In this document: positions 28,188-35,022 of the stretch, piece after piece
How the letters are laid out: the number at the start of each line of letters is the position of its first letter
How positions within the stretch are numbered: position 1 is the first letter of the stretch
Virus genome (UHGV): UHGV-0182056
Reading direction: 5' to 3' (one strand)
Source of the DNA: a virus
Length of the DNA: 35,022 nucleotides
The notes under the pieces: generated by a model
What the model was told of the DNA's origin: nothing
What the model saw: the letters and a program-made list of their open reading frames with translations, nothing else
Databases searched by the model: none
Program-made: the position numbers and the translations under genes

Positions 28188-28411
28188 ACAGCACCTCCGT
28201 TGTAATGTTTGCCTTTCAGCTCTGCGATTTCCTGACAGGTAATGCAAAGCTGCACACCCGGAATGGCACGGCGGCGTGCTGGCGGAATTGGCGCTTCACA
28301 CTCAATGCAAAGCACGCGGGACACGCCCGGTGTTTTGGCACGGGCAGCACGGATATGGCGCTGGCGTTCTTCTTCAACGCGCTGCTGTACGAGATCCATT
28401 GCATCAGCCAT
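28184..28411 (-). CDS. TraR/DksA-family C4 zinc-finger protein
   Basis: 75 aa; CIECEAPIP...CITC. Confidence 0.7.
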   Translation of the reverse strand: MADAMDLVQQRVEEERQRHIRAARAKTPGVSRVLCIECEAPIPPARRRAIPGVQLCITCQEIAELKGKHYNGGAV

Positions 28412-28650
28412 TAGTGGACCTCCTGCGCTTCGTTCTGGATTGCTTCAGCGGTCACACGTAGCAGTTCTGCTGCTTCGACGTGGCTTAGCTGGCGGGATGT
28501 AATATGACACGCAAGGCTATCAAGGCGGGCAGCCATTGCCTCAGCCCTTGCCCGACGTTCTTCCAGACGAGCCTCTGTCAGTAAAATATTAAGTCCTGCG
28601 TCATCCGGTCCGCTTTTAGTCGAGAGGGTTTCAATATTACGCATAATCAA
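28411..28650 (-). CDS. Early-region hypothetical protein
   Basis: 79-aa ORF in the early operon; no family recognised. Confidence 0.5.
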   Translation of the reverse strand: MIMRNIETLSTKSGPDDAGLNILLTEARLEERRARAEAMAARLDSLACHITSRQLSHVEAAELLRVTAEAIQNEAQEVH

Positions 28651-28711
28651 TTCTCCTGAATTTAGATAAAGGAATGCCCGGCGGGTTTACGCCATGAATT
28701 TCATTAATTGG

Positions 28712-29053
28712 TTAATTCGGCATGGCTAGCCGTCTGGGAAATAAGCTCACCACTGCACGAAGATGATTCATTACTTTAATCAACTCCCGCTTTTCGTCAG
28801 TGGTCAGCTCATTAATGCTGATGCTATGACGTTCAGCTGGAATTTTTGCTATAAAGAATATGGCAGCCAGTGCCCGTTTATTTTGTTCGCTATTAATATC
28901 CCGTGGATCACGCATCTCTTTAATAAACCGCTCAAGCTCTGACTCAATATTCAGGCCAAAAACTTTCGCCCTTAACTCCGCAATATGATTAAGTCCATTC
29001 AGGCGTTCGCCGGGGCTTAATGGAACAGTCGCCGCAGCGCCTTCAATAGCCAT
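28712..29053 (-). CDS. Early-region hypothetical protein
   Basis: 113-aa ORF between cII and the replication genes. Confidence 0.5.
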   Translation of the reverse strand: MAIEGAAATVPLSPGERLNGLNHIAELRAKVFGLNIESELERFIKEMRDPRDINSEQNKRALAAIFFIAKIPAERHSISINELTTDEKRELIKVMNHLRAVVSLFPRRLAMPN

Positions 29054-29247
29054 TTGTTCCCCCGTTTTTTCGTTGATAGTTCTGCCAGCAATTCATCTTG
29101 TGAACGGCACGGATGCCAGCGTTTACCATCCTTACCCATTATCCAGCCGTGACCGTAGTGCATTGCCGGACTTTGTTTTACCAGCAGCGATGCAAATGAT
29201 GGTTCTTTCGTCAGCATAAGCACCTCACAGCAAACCGAATGAAGCAC
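29017..29247 (-). CDS. Early-region small protein directly downstream of cII (position of 186 fil)
   Basis: 76-aa track ORF; start uncertain. Confidence 0.35.
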   Translation of the reverse strand: MLHSVCCEVLMLTKEPSFASLLVKQSPAMHYGHGWIMGKDGKRWHPCRSQDELLAELSTKKRGNKWLLKALRRLFH

Positions 29248-29734
29248 CGAGGCCAGTCACGGTATCAACTGCACTCGCCATCGCAGGGTTAGCCTGTAAA
29301 CGGGCCTGCAATGACACAGCAGCCAGCGCCATCAGTCGTGTTACAGAGTTAATGCTGCTGATAGCATCACGACGACCTGCACTGGTTTTTACATCGCCAG
29401 ATACCGCACCTGCAGCAACACGCCCGATCTCTGCGGTTGCGCTCATGACGTAATGTGGCAGTTTCTCTTTTGCCACCTCATTAATCGGTACACATGGCAG
29501 ACAATGAATCTGTGCCAGAAAACCATCTACCAGCGTTGAATCTTCAGTCAGATCGGTAAGCAGCCAGATTTCTGACGGCGTGAGCTGATGTGATTGTTCC
29601 GGGTTAAGCTTGTTACGCAGCGTCTGGACGTTCATTCCCGCGCGTTCTGCCAGCTTTGCCATGTTGTGACGCAGTGCGAAAGCCCGGCAGGCTTCATCAA
29701 AATGCGGATGTTTGGAAACACGATAATCAAACAT
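29225..29734 (-). CDS. cII: CII-like lysogeny-establishment activator (phage 186 type)
   Basis: 169 aa; MFDYRVSKHPHFDEACRAFALRHNMAKLAERAGMNVQTLRNKLNPEQ... resembles 186 CII as I recall it. Confidence 0.8.
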   Translation of the reverse strand: MFDYRVSKHPHFDEACRAFALRHNMAKLAERAGMNVQTLRNKLNPEQSHQLTPSEIWLLTDLTEDSTLVDGFLAQIHCLPCVPINEVAKEKLPHYVMSATAEIGRVAAGAVSGDVKTSAGRRDAISSINSVTRLMALAAVSLQARLQANPAMASAVDTVTGLGASFGLL

Positions 29735-29768
29735 GATGTAACACCTTTTCTATCCCAAAATGGAACTA

Positions 29769-30005
29769 TCAGGCTTGCATTGCGACTTCGCAGCCTTGGG
29801 CCGCTTCCATCGTCAACGCGAACATGTTGATTTCGATAAGGCTGTTAACTCCGGCTTTTTTCCTGATGGGAAGGCGGTTTTCCCGGATCATTTGGCGGGC
29901 ATAGCTAGGCTTGTAACCAGTACGACGACAGAACTCATCCAGTGTGATGAATGGCTCAGATATCACAAGGTTGATGCTGGGGCGCATTGAAAAATTACTT
30001 TTCAT
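29769..30005 (-). CDS. apl: Apl/Cox-like excisionase and lytic-switch regulator
   Basis: 78 aa, first gene of the lytic operon, divergent from cI. Confidence 0.7.
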   Translation of the reverse strand: MKSNFSMRPSINLVISEPFITLDEFCRRTGYKPSYARQMIRENRLPIRKKAGVNSLIEINMFALTMEAAQGCEVAMQA

Positions 30006-30106
30006 GATGCACTATTCCTCAGTTTGTGTTTAAAAACTTCACTATTCGGATGTATTCGCACATATACCGAACACCACAAAAGCGATAATAGGATCACAAT
30101 TGAGAT

Positions 30107-30721
30107 ATGTCAAACACAAAAGAAAACCCTAATGAGATTTCAACTTTCATTTTTCCATCTCAAAGTGGGGGAAGAGAGGCCATAACACGCATTCTTCAGG
30201 CTTATGGATTCAGCACAAGACAAGCTCTATGTGATCATCTCGGCGTCTCTCAAAGCACAATGGCTAACCGCTGGATGCGTGACACTTTCCCACATGACTG
30301 GCTTATAGCCTGCCATCTGGACACAGGTGTACCCTTGCTTTGGCTAACTACTGGTAAGGGCACTCCAAAAACCACGCCAAATGAAGATCACGGATTAACT
30401 TTGCAATTAAGCGAAATCACAAATGGGATTCTAAACAACACAACCTTGATTCATTATGACCTACACCTAATTCCTCAAAACACCACAGATCCGTTTCTTG
30501 TCAAATTTGAATCGACGACGTATCTCGTCAGTGAATATAAAGGCGAGATCAATGACGGCACCTGGCTGATTGAGATAGATGGTTTTGCGAGCATCAGACA
30601 GGTTTACCGTCTGCCTGGCGGGCGAGTTCGTGTTGAAAACGGCCCTGCATCATTTGAGTGTGCGGCCTCTGATGTAAAAGTTTTAGGGAAAGTGGCAAGC
30701 AAAATAGATAACGTGGACTGA
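30107..30721 (+). CDS. cI: CI immunity repressor (186 type)
   Basis: 204 aa, divergent from apl; N-terminal HTH-like region (STRQALCDHLGVSQSTMANRW). Confidence 0.75.
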   Translation: MSNTKENPNEISTFIFPSQSGGREAITRILQAYGFSTRQALCDHLGVSQSTMANRWMRDTFPHDWLIACHLDTGVPLLWLTTGKGTPKTTPNEDHGLTLQLSEITNGILNNTTLIHYDLHLIPQNTTDPFLVKFESTTYLVSEYKGEINDGTWLIEIDGFASIRQVYRLPGGRVRVENGPASFECAASDVKVLGKVASKIDNVD

Positions 30722-30745
30722 TATTAAATATCGTAAGGAGAATAA

Positions 30746-31294
30746 ATGAGAGTTTTAGTCACAGGCGTATTAATTTTGTCATCATTTGCTGCAATTGCAG
30801 CACCTGAACAATTCAAAAACATTAATGACTTGATGGAAAACTATAACGATTATCCAACTTATACCGTAGACGGTAAGGATTTTCCATCTTTCAAAATTTT
30901 ATCTGAAAAGCCTTTACACATCCAAATCTCGCCGCGCACTTTATCAGGGAGTTCAACGAAAGATATTAAGTACGAATCAGACAGGGCAGCCATTTACGCA
31001 GCATATCGTACTTTGTATCAAACGCCTGCAGACAGGGTTAAAGTCACAGTATTACCTATTTCAATTACCCCCCAGCCTCGGAAGGTAGAGTATATGACGG
31101 AATATAAATATGATTTTAGCATTACAAAAAAGCAGGCAATAAATTTACTCCGCAGACACAGCAATATATTGAATGAAGACCAGTTAATGTCCGCCAATGG
31201 TGAATGGAGCAAAGCATTTGAAAAGTGCTGTTACCTTGAAGAAGGTAAGCCCGGTTTATCAATATTTGCTAAAGAGTTAATCACGCAAAGGTAA
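30746..31294 (+). CDS. Moron: secreted/periplasmic protein of unknown function, apparently in the lysogenic cI-int operon
   Basis: 182 aa with N-terminal signal peptide MRVLVTGVLILSSFAAIAAP; AT-rich; stop 5 bp before the int start. Confidence 0.55.
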   Translation: MRVLVTGVLILSSFAAIAAPEQFKNINDLMENYNDYPTYTVDGKDFPSFKILSEKPLHIQISPRTLSGSSTKDIKYESDRAAIYAAYRTLYQTPADRVKVTVLPISITPQPRKVEYMTEYKYDFSITKKQAINLLRRHSNILNEDQLMSANGEWSKAFEKCCYLEEGKPGLSIFAKELITQR

Positions 31295-31299
31295 AAAAC

Positions 31300-32313
31300 G
31301 TGGCAGTAACAAAACTCGCTAATGGTAAGTGGCAGGCTCAGGTCTTCCCCAACGGTAGGGATGGGCGGCGTGTACGCCGCCTATTTGCAACTAAAGGGGA
31401 AGCTCTGGCATTTGAGCGATATATAAAAGACCAAACAATTGATAAGCCTTGGCTTGGTGAAAAAAAAGATAAGCGACGTGTTATTGACCTTGTTGATACG
31501 TGGTTTAATGCACACGGTATTACGTTGTCTGATGGTCAGAAAAGAAAAGATACGATGGAGTTTGCTTGCATAGCAATGGGTAACCCTCTTGCGAGTGAGT
31601 TTAATGCGAAATTGTTTGCCAGCTATCGTGAGCAACGTTTAAGCGGAAAAATTACTCGTTCCAACAGAGTAAAAGCAGTCACACCACGAACTGTGAATTT
31701 AGAACTGGCTTACTTCCGCGCAATGTTTAATGAATTGAAGCGTCTGGATGATTGGATGGCTCCTAATCCACTCGAAAATATTCGTGAATTCAAAATTGAT
31801 GAAGCGGAGTTGTCTTGGTTGACAGTAGAAGAGGTAAAAGTGCTTCTTGCTGAGTGCGAAAAAAGCAGAGCTAAAGACCTGTCGATGATCGTACAAATTT
31901 GTCTGGCCACTGGTGCTCGTTGGGGTGAGGCAGAATCCCTGTCTGGCATGCAAATCAGTCCCGGGAAGATCACCTTCACCAAAACAAAGGGAAAAAAGAA
32001 CAGAACTGTTCCAATAAGTGATGAACTATACGAAATGCTTCCACGCATCAGAACATCAAAACCTCTGTTTAAGCCATGCTACTCCGCATTCAGAACTGCA
32101 ATAAAAAGGGCCAAAATTGAATTACCTGATGGCCAGCTTTCGCATGTTCTTCGACACACTTTCGCAAGCCACTTTATGATGGGGGGGGGCAACATTCTTG
32201 TACTCCAACGCATCCTTGGACATACAGATATTAAGGTAACGATGCGCTACGCACATTTTTCCCCTGACCATCTGACAGAAGCAGTTGAGTTAAATCCTTT
32301 AAATCATCTTTAA
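31300..32313 (+). CDS. int: Tyrosine integrase (P2/186 Int family)
   Basis: 337 aa; C-terminal HVLRHTFASH...LGHTDIKVTMRYAHF catalytic region; GTG start. Confidence 0.9.
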   Translation: MAVTKLANGKWQAQVFPNGRDGRRVRRLFATKGEALAFERYIKDQTIDKPWLGEKKDKRRVIDLVDTWFNAHGITLSDGQKRKDTMEFACIAMGNPLASEFNAKLFASYREQRLSGKITRSNRVKAVTPRTVNLELAYFRAMFNELKRLDDWMAPNPLENIREFKIDEAELSWLTVEEVKVLLAECEKSRAKDLSMIVQICLATGARWGEAESLSGMQISPGKITFTKTKGKKNRTVPISDELYEMLPRIRTSKPLFKPCYSAFRTAIKRAKIELPDGQLSHVLRHTFASHFMMGGGNILVLQRILGHTDIKVTMRYAHFSPDHLTEAVELNPLNHL

Positions 32314-32346
32314 CTAAAAAAAGGGCGATTTCAACGCCCTTTTTTA
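32314..32346. terminator. Bidirectional terminator between int and the convergent cargo gene
   Basis: A-run, hairpin AGGGCG-ATTTCAA-CGCCCT, T-run. Confidence 0.6.
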
Positions 32347-32350
32347 TCAA

Positions 32351-33703
32351 TCAATCAAAAAAATCCTTTTTGAAATCGCTACTACTAGATAATCCAGGTC
32401 TTATTTTTTCAATAACATCTTGACAAGCCGCAGGTTGATCATCAAGTGCCTTGGACGCTTTTTCCTTTATTTTTGGTATATTATTAAACCTACCTTTCAT
32501 CATTCCATCCGGCCCATACGCACCCCAAATACCTGCAGCGCAGATATTCACTATCAATTCAAAACATTCAAGATCATTCATTAATAAAGCAATATCTTTA
32601 TCATAAACGCTAGCACTTCTAGCGAATGAGTTCGCCTCATCAAATGTTGAAGATCCTGCTTTTGAAAAAATATTACTAATTAATTTAGCTCTAGCCCATT
32701 CTTTATGCTTCACAACATTCATCAATACAGGGCTGAATTTATACTTATTCAACACATCATCAATATTATTCATAAAAAACTTATCTAATACAGCCTTGTC
32801 CAATGCCAGAAGACTTCTTACTATTTGAACAGGATGTCTCAAATATGTATGTTGATCTGCTGTACTTGTAGACGAAATTGTACTTTCAAACATTTTATTA
32901 ATTCTTAAATAAAATATATCATCTAAATCCTTTATCAAATTTGAATTTGTTGAAATTGACTCCATTAAAAACTTAGTTTTATTTTCATCTGAACTGCACT
33001 CCTCTAAAACCTGTTTTTTTATTTGTTGAAGAACTTGATCATTCAAAGGATTACTCGACAGTCCAAGAAGATATCTCTTAGCATTAACTTGTATCTGTTC
33101 GTTCGGATTATCAAGAGATTGGAGTAGTTTTTTTAATAGATAGGAGTAACCATCATGATGAAGATTCTTTACACCTTCATTTACTACTGTAGCATGATCT
33201 TGTATGTTTGTTGTAGGAAATAAATATGCATTTGTTAATTTTGATATAATTTCATCTGCAACTTGTGTTGTAGAAAGAATTGGTTTTGAAAGGAATCTGC
33301 CAATTGTTTCTGAAAAGACATATCTTGCTTCTTCGGCTGTTGGTTTGTGACCGGAAGGATGCGCTGCTTTGTTTCTAAGAGTTTTCAATACGGTTAGAAA
33401 ATCAGCATCTATATCAGTAATTATTTTTTCAGATTTTAAGCGATTCAGCAAATCATTCTCAAAAACCTTTTGCTCTTCCCTTTTTTTATTTATCTCTGCA
33501 AATATGGCCCTTGCAACTTTATTTGTCGATGCCATTCCATTTAGTTTTTTTAATAAATCTTCAAATATAGCGATAAAAGATAAAACAACACATGCGCGAT
33601 GAGCACCTGTCATATAGCAAGTTAGTGCTTCGCGCATATACTCCTTAAGCTCTACATCAACAATATCACTTATAAGTTCTTCCATGTCCCTCAAACTTGA
33701 CAT
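32351..33703 (-). CDS. Accessory protein: N-terminal HEPN-like (DUF4145-like) domain with an Rx4H motif plus a large C-terminal helical domain; candidate single-gene abortive-infection/defence protein
   Basis: 450 aa, strongly AT-rich, between int and attR; ...LTVLKTLRNKAAHPSGH... gives R-x4-H; RBS GAGGGG upstream. Confidence 0.5.
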   Translation of the reverse strand: MSSLRDMEELISDIVDVELKEYMREALTCYMTGAHRACVVLSFIAIFEDLLKKLNGMASTNKVARAIFAEINKKREEQKVFENDLLNRLKSEKIITDIDADFLTVLKTLRNKAAHPSGHKPTAEEARYVFSETIGRFLSKPILSTTQVADEIISKLTNAYLFPTTNIQDHATVVNEGVKNLHHDGYSYLLKKLLQSLDNPNEQIQVNAKRYLLGLSSNPLNDQVLQQIKKQVLEECSSDENKTKFLMESISTNSNLIKDLDDIFYLRINKMFESTISSTSTADQHTYLRHPVQIVRSLLALDKAVLDKFFMNNIDDVLNKYKFSPVLMNVVKHKEWARAKLISNIFSKAGSSTFDEANSFARSASVYDKDIALLMNDLECFELIVNICAAGIWGAYGPDGMMKGRFNNIPKIKEKASKALDDQPAACQDVIEKIRPGLSSSSDFKKDFFD

Positions 33704-33742
33704 ACTAACCCCTCATTTGGTTCTTTAAAAATTCCATCATAC

Positions 33743-33760
33743 CATACAAATGTTTGTATG
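33743..33760. promoter_or_regulatory. 8-2-8 perfect dyad (CATACAAA TG TTTGTATG) in the promoter region of the 450-aa cargo gene; candidate operator
   Basis: Perfect inverted repeat about 40 bp upstream of the start codon. Confidence 0.35.
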
Positions 33761-33854
33761 CTTTATTGGCAAAGTTTATTGTAACTTTAATGTCAAGCCA
33801 AATATGAGCATATCATCAGGAGGATGTTTTTCATCTCATGTAAGCGTTAGACGT

Positions 33855-33887
33855 AGGTAGCAAAATGGCAGCAAAATGGCAGCAAAA
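33855..33887 (+). repeat. Three tandem 11-bp repeats (GGTAGCAAAA TGGCAGCAAAA TGGCAGCAAAA); candidate integrase arm-type sites at the attR side
   Basis: Same 11-mer as at 269-290, same orientation. Confidence 0.45.
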
Positions 33888-33977
33888 CTATCCACTATGC
33901 TTTCATATTCCCCACTATTCGACGGCGCAATGTGTTGAAATTTAAGTAACTAATTGTTTTTCAATACTTAAGATTGG

Positions 33978-34024
33978 GACTCATAATCGCTTGGTCGCTG
34001 GTTCAAGTCCAGCAGGGGCCACCA
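33978..34024 (+). repeat. attR core: truncated 3' tRNA copy (47 bp), identical to 154-200
   Basis: Exact repeat; upstream tRNA sequence is absent, so not a second tRNA gene. Confidence 0.85.
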
Positions 34025-34035
34025 GATATAGCAAA

Positions 34036-34068
34036 GGCTGACGAGAAATCGTCAGCCTTTTTCTTTTT
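34036..34068 (+). terminator. Rho-independent terminator (native tRNA terminator on the host side)
   Basis: Hairpin AGGCTGACG-AGAAAT-CGTCAGCCT followed by a T-run. Confidence 0.6.
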
Positions 34069-34077
34069 ATATATCAG

Positions 34078-34842
34078 TTACTTTGCGTGCCAGTAAGCCG
34101 CTGCACGTACCCGCTGTGGGTCATACTGTTCCGCTTCAAAGCGGCGGCTTAAATTCTTAACGACTTTACCTTCGCCGGTTATCCAGATGAAGTAATCATC
34201 GGCAGGGATTTGCATCTGCGCCAGACGCGCATCTACCGCCTGCTCATCATGTGCCAGCCATTCGATATTAAAACCATCAAGGTGCGCGAGATAATCCTGA
34301 CAGGCGTTATCCCGCACGCTAACCAGCGCACTAACTTGCGGTTTAACGGCAAGTTTGCTCAACGTTTCCAGGCGGCGGCGCAGTGCGGGCATTCCGGATT
34401 CATCGCAGACATACAGCTGATACGCGTAATCTTCCGGCACCACCAGCGAACCGCGCGGACCTGCCACCGTAAGTTTATCGCCCGGTTGCGCCTGCATCGC
34501 CCAGCCGCTGGCGACCCCACCGTCGTGAATAAAGAAATCGATCGCCAGTTCATGGCGTAGTTCGTCATACAGCGGCGTATAGTCACGCGACGGTGGGCGT
34601 GGTCCTTCCGGCCAGACGATGCCCTCTTCCGTTACCGTTGGCGGCACAAAGTGAGCGTCAGGTTGAGGAAAGAAGAGTTTGCTGTGATCGTCAAAGCCGC
34701 GCGATGTAAAACCGTCCAGCGCCTCGCCGCCGAGGACAATGCGCTGAAAACCGGCGCTGATGCGCTCAACGCGTAACACAGTCAGTTCACGGAAGCGCAG
34801 ATCATTGCGAACGCGCTGCGGGTAGCGGGGGGAGTTATTCAT
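34078..34842 (-). CDS. yqjH: Host siderophore-interacting FAD-binding ferric-chelate reductase (YqjH/ViuB family)
   Basis: 254 aa; sequence resembles E. coli YqjH as I recall it; immediately outside attR. Confidence 0.8.
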   Translation of the reverse strand: MNNSPRYPQRVRNDLRFRELTVLRVERISAGFQRIVLGGEALDGFTSRGFDDHSKLFFPQPDAHFVPPTVTEEGIVWPEGPRPPSRDYTPLYDELRHELAIDFFIHDGGVASGWAMQAQPGDKLTVAGPRGSLVVPEDYAYQLYVCDESGMPALRRRLETLSKLAVKPQVSALVSVRDNACQDYLAHLDGFNIEWLAHDEQAVDARLAQMQIPADDYFIWITGEGKVVKNLSRRFEAEQYDPQRVRAAAYWHAK

Positions 34843-34893
34843 TGTTATCGCCTTCGTGATAGTAATCAGATATATCTAAATAATTTTCGTAAA

Positions 34894-34917
34894 TGATAAT
34901 GATTGTTAATCATGATA
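34894..34917. promoter_or_regulatory. Fur-box-like AT-rich dyad in the yqjH upstream region
   Basis: GATAATGATTGTTAATCATGATAA resembles the Fur consensus GATAATGATAATCATTATC. Confidence 0.45.
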
Positions 34918-34984
34918 AATGCAAGCGATTTGTAGAACTGATATATCTGAAGTATGTGAAGGCATTCAGTGCCATAGCAATGCT

Positions 34985-35020
34985 GCCGGATGCGGCGTGA
35001 ACGTCTTATCCGGCCTGGAT
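34985..35020. repeat. REP-like element (repetitive extragenic palindrome)
   Basis: GCCGGATGCGGCGTGAACGTCTTATCCGGCC resembles the E. coli REP consensus as I recall it; truncated by the window end. Confidence 0.5.
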
Positions 35021-35022
35021 GT

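Noticed and set aside
30006-30106. Specific CI operator sites in the apl-cI divergent promoter region
   Set aside because: Short CACTATTC direct repeats are visible, but I cannot define operator boundaries or match them to 186 operators from sequence alone.
33978-34024. Possible second tRNA gene
   Set aside because: Only the 3' 47 nt of the tRNA are present (no acceptor 5' strand or D-arm); it is the att core duplicate, not a gene.

Overview
This window is a chromosomal tRNA locus carrying a complete P2/186-family temperate myovirus prophage of about 33.9 kb. An intact tRNA with a CAT anticodon (ileX-type tRNA-Ile2) sits at 125-200, and its 3' 47 bp are exactly duplicated at 33978-34024, which defines attL and attR. 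Host DNA resumes on the right with a yqjH-like siderophore-interacting reductase gene (34078-34842). The prophage backbone, left to right, is: ogr-like late activator, the tail operon D-U-T-E/E'-FII-FI, a Pin/Gin-type serine invertase with an invertible tail-fibre segment of about 1.9 kb, baseplate genes H-I-J-W-V, S, R, a lysis cassette, capsid genes L-M-N-O, divergent terminase P and portal Q, a cos-like site, replication gene A, a Dam-like methyltransferase, small early genes, a 186-type CII/Apl/CI switch, and integrase. The most interesting content is accessory cargo at three variable positions, none of which I can assign to a named system from sequence alone: (1) a zinc-ribbon protein with a possible HEPN/DUF4145-like domain between Q and cos; (2) an AT-rich pair of genes (one membrane-anchored) plus a LexA-box-controlled small-ORF/DinI-like operon between cos and A; (3) a 450-aa protein with an N-terminal HEPN-like Rx4H motif between int and attR, and a secreted-protein moron between cI and int. 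All family assignments are from my reading of the translated ORFs and recalled motifs; no database search was run.
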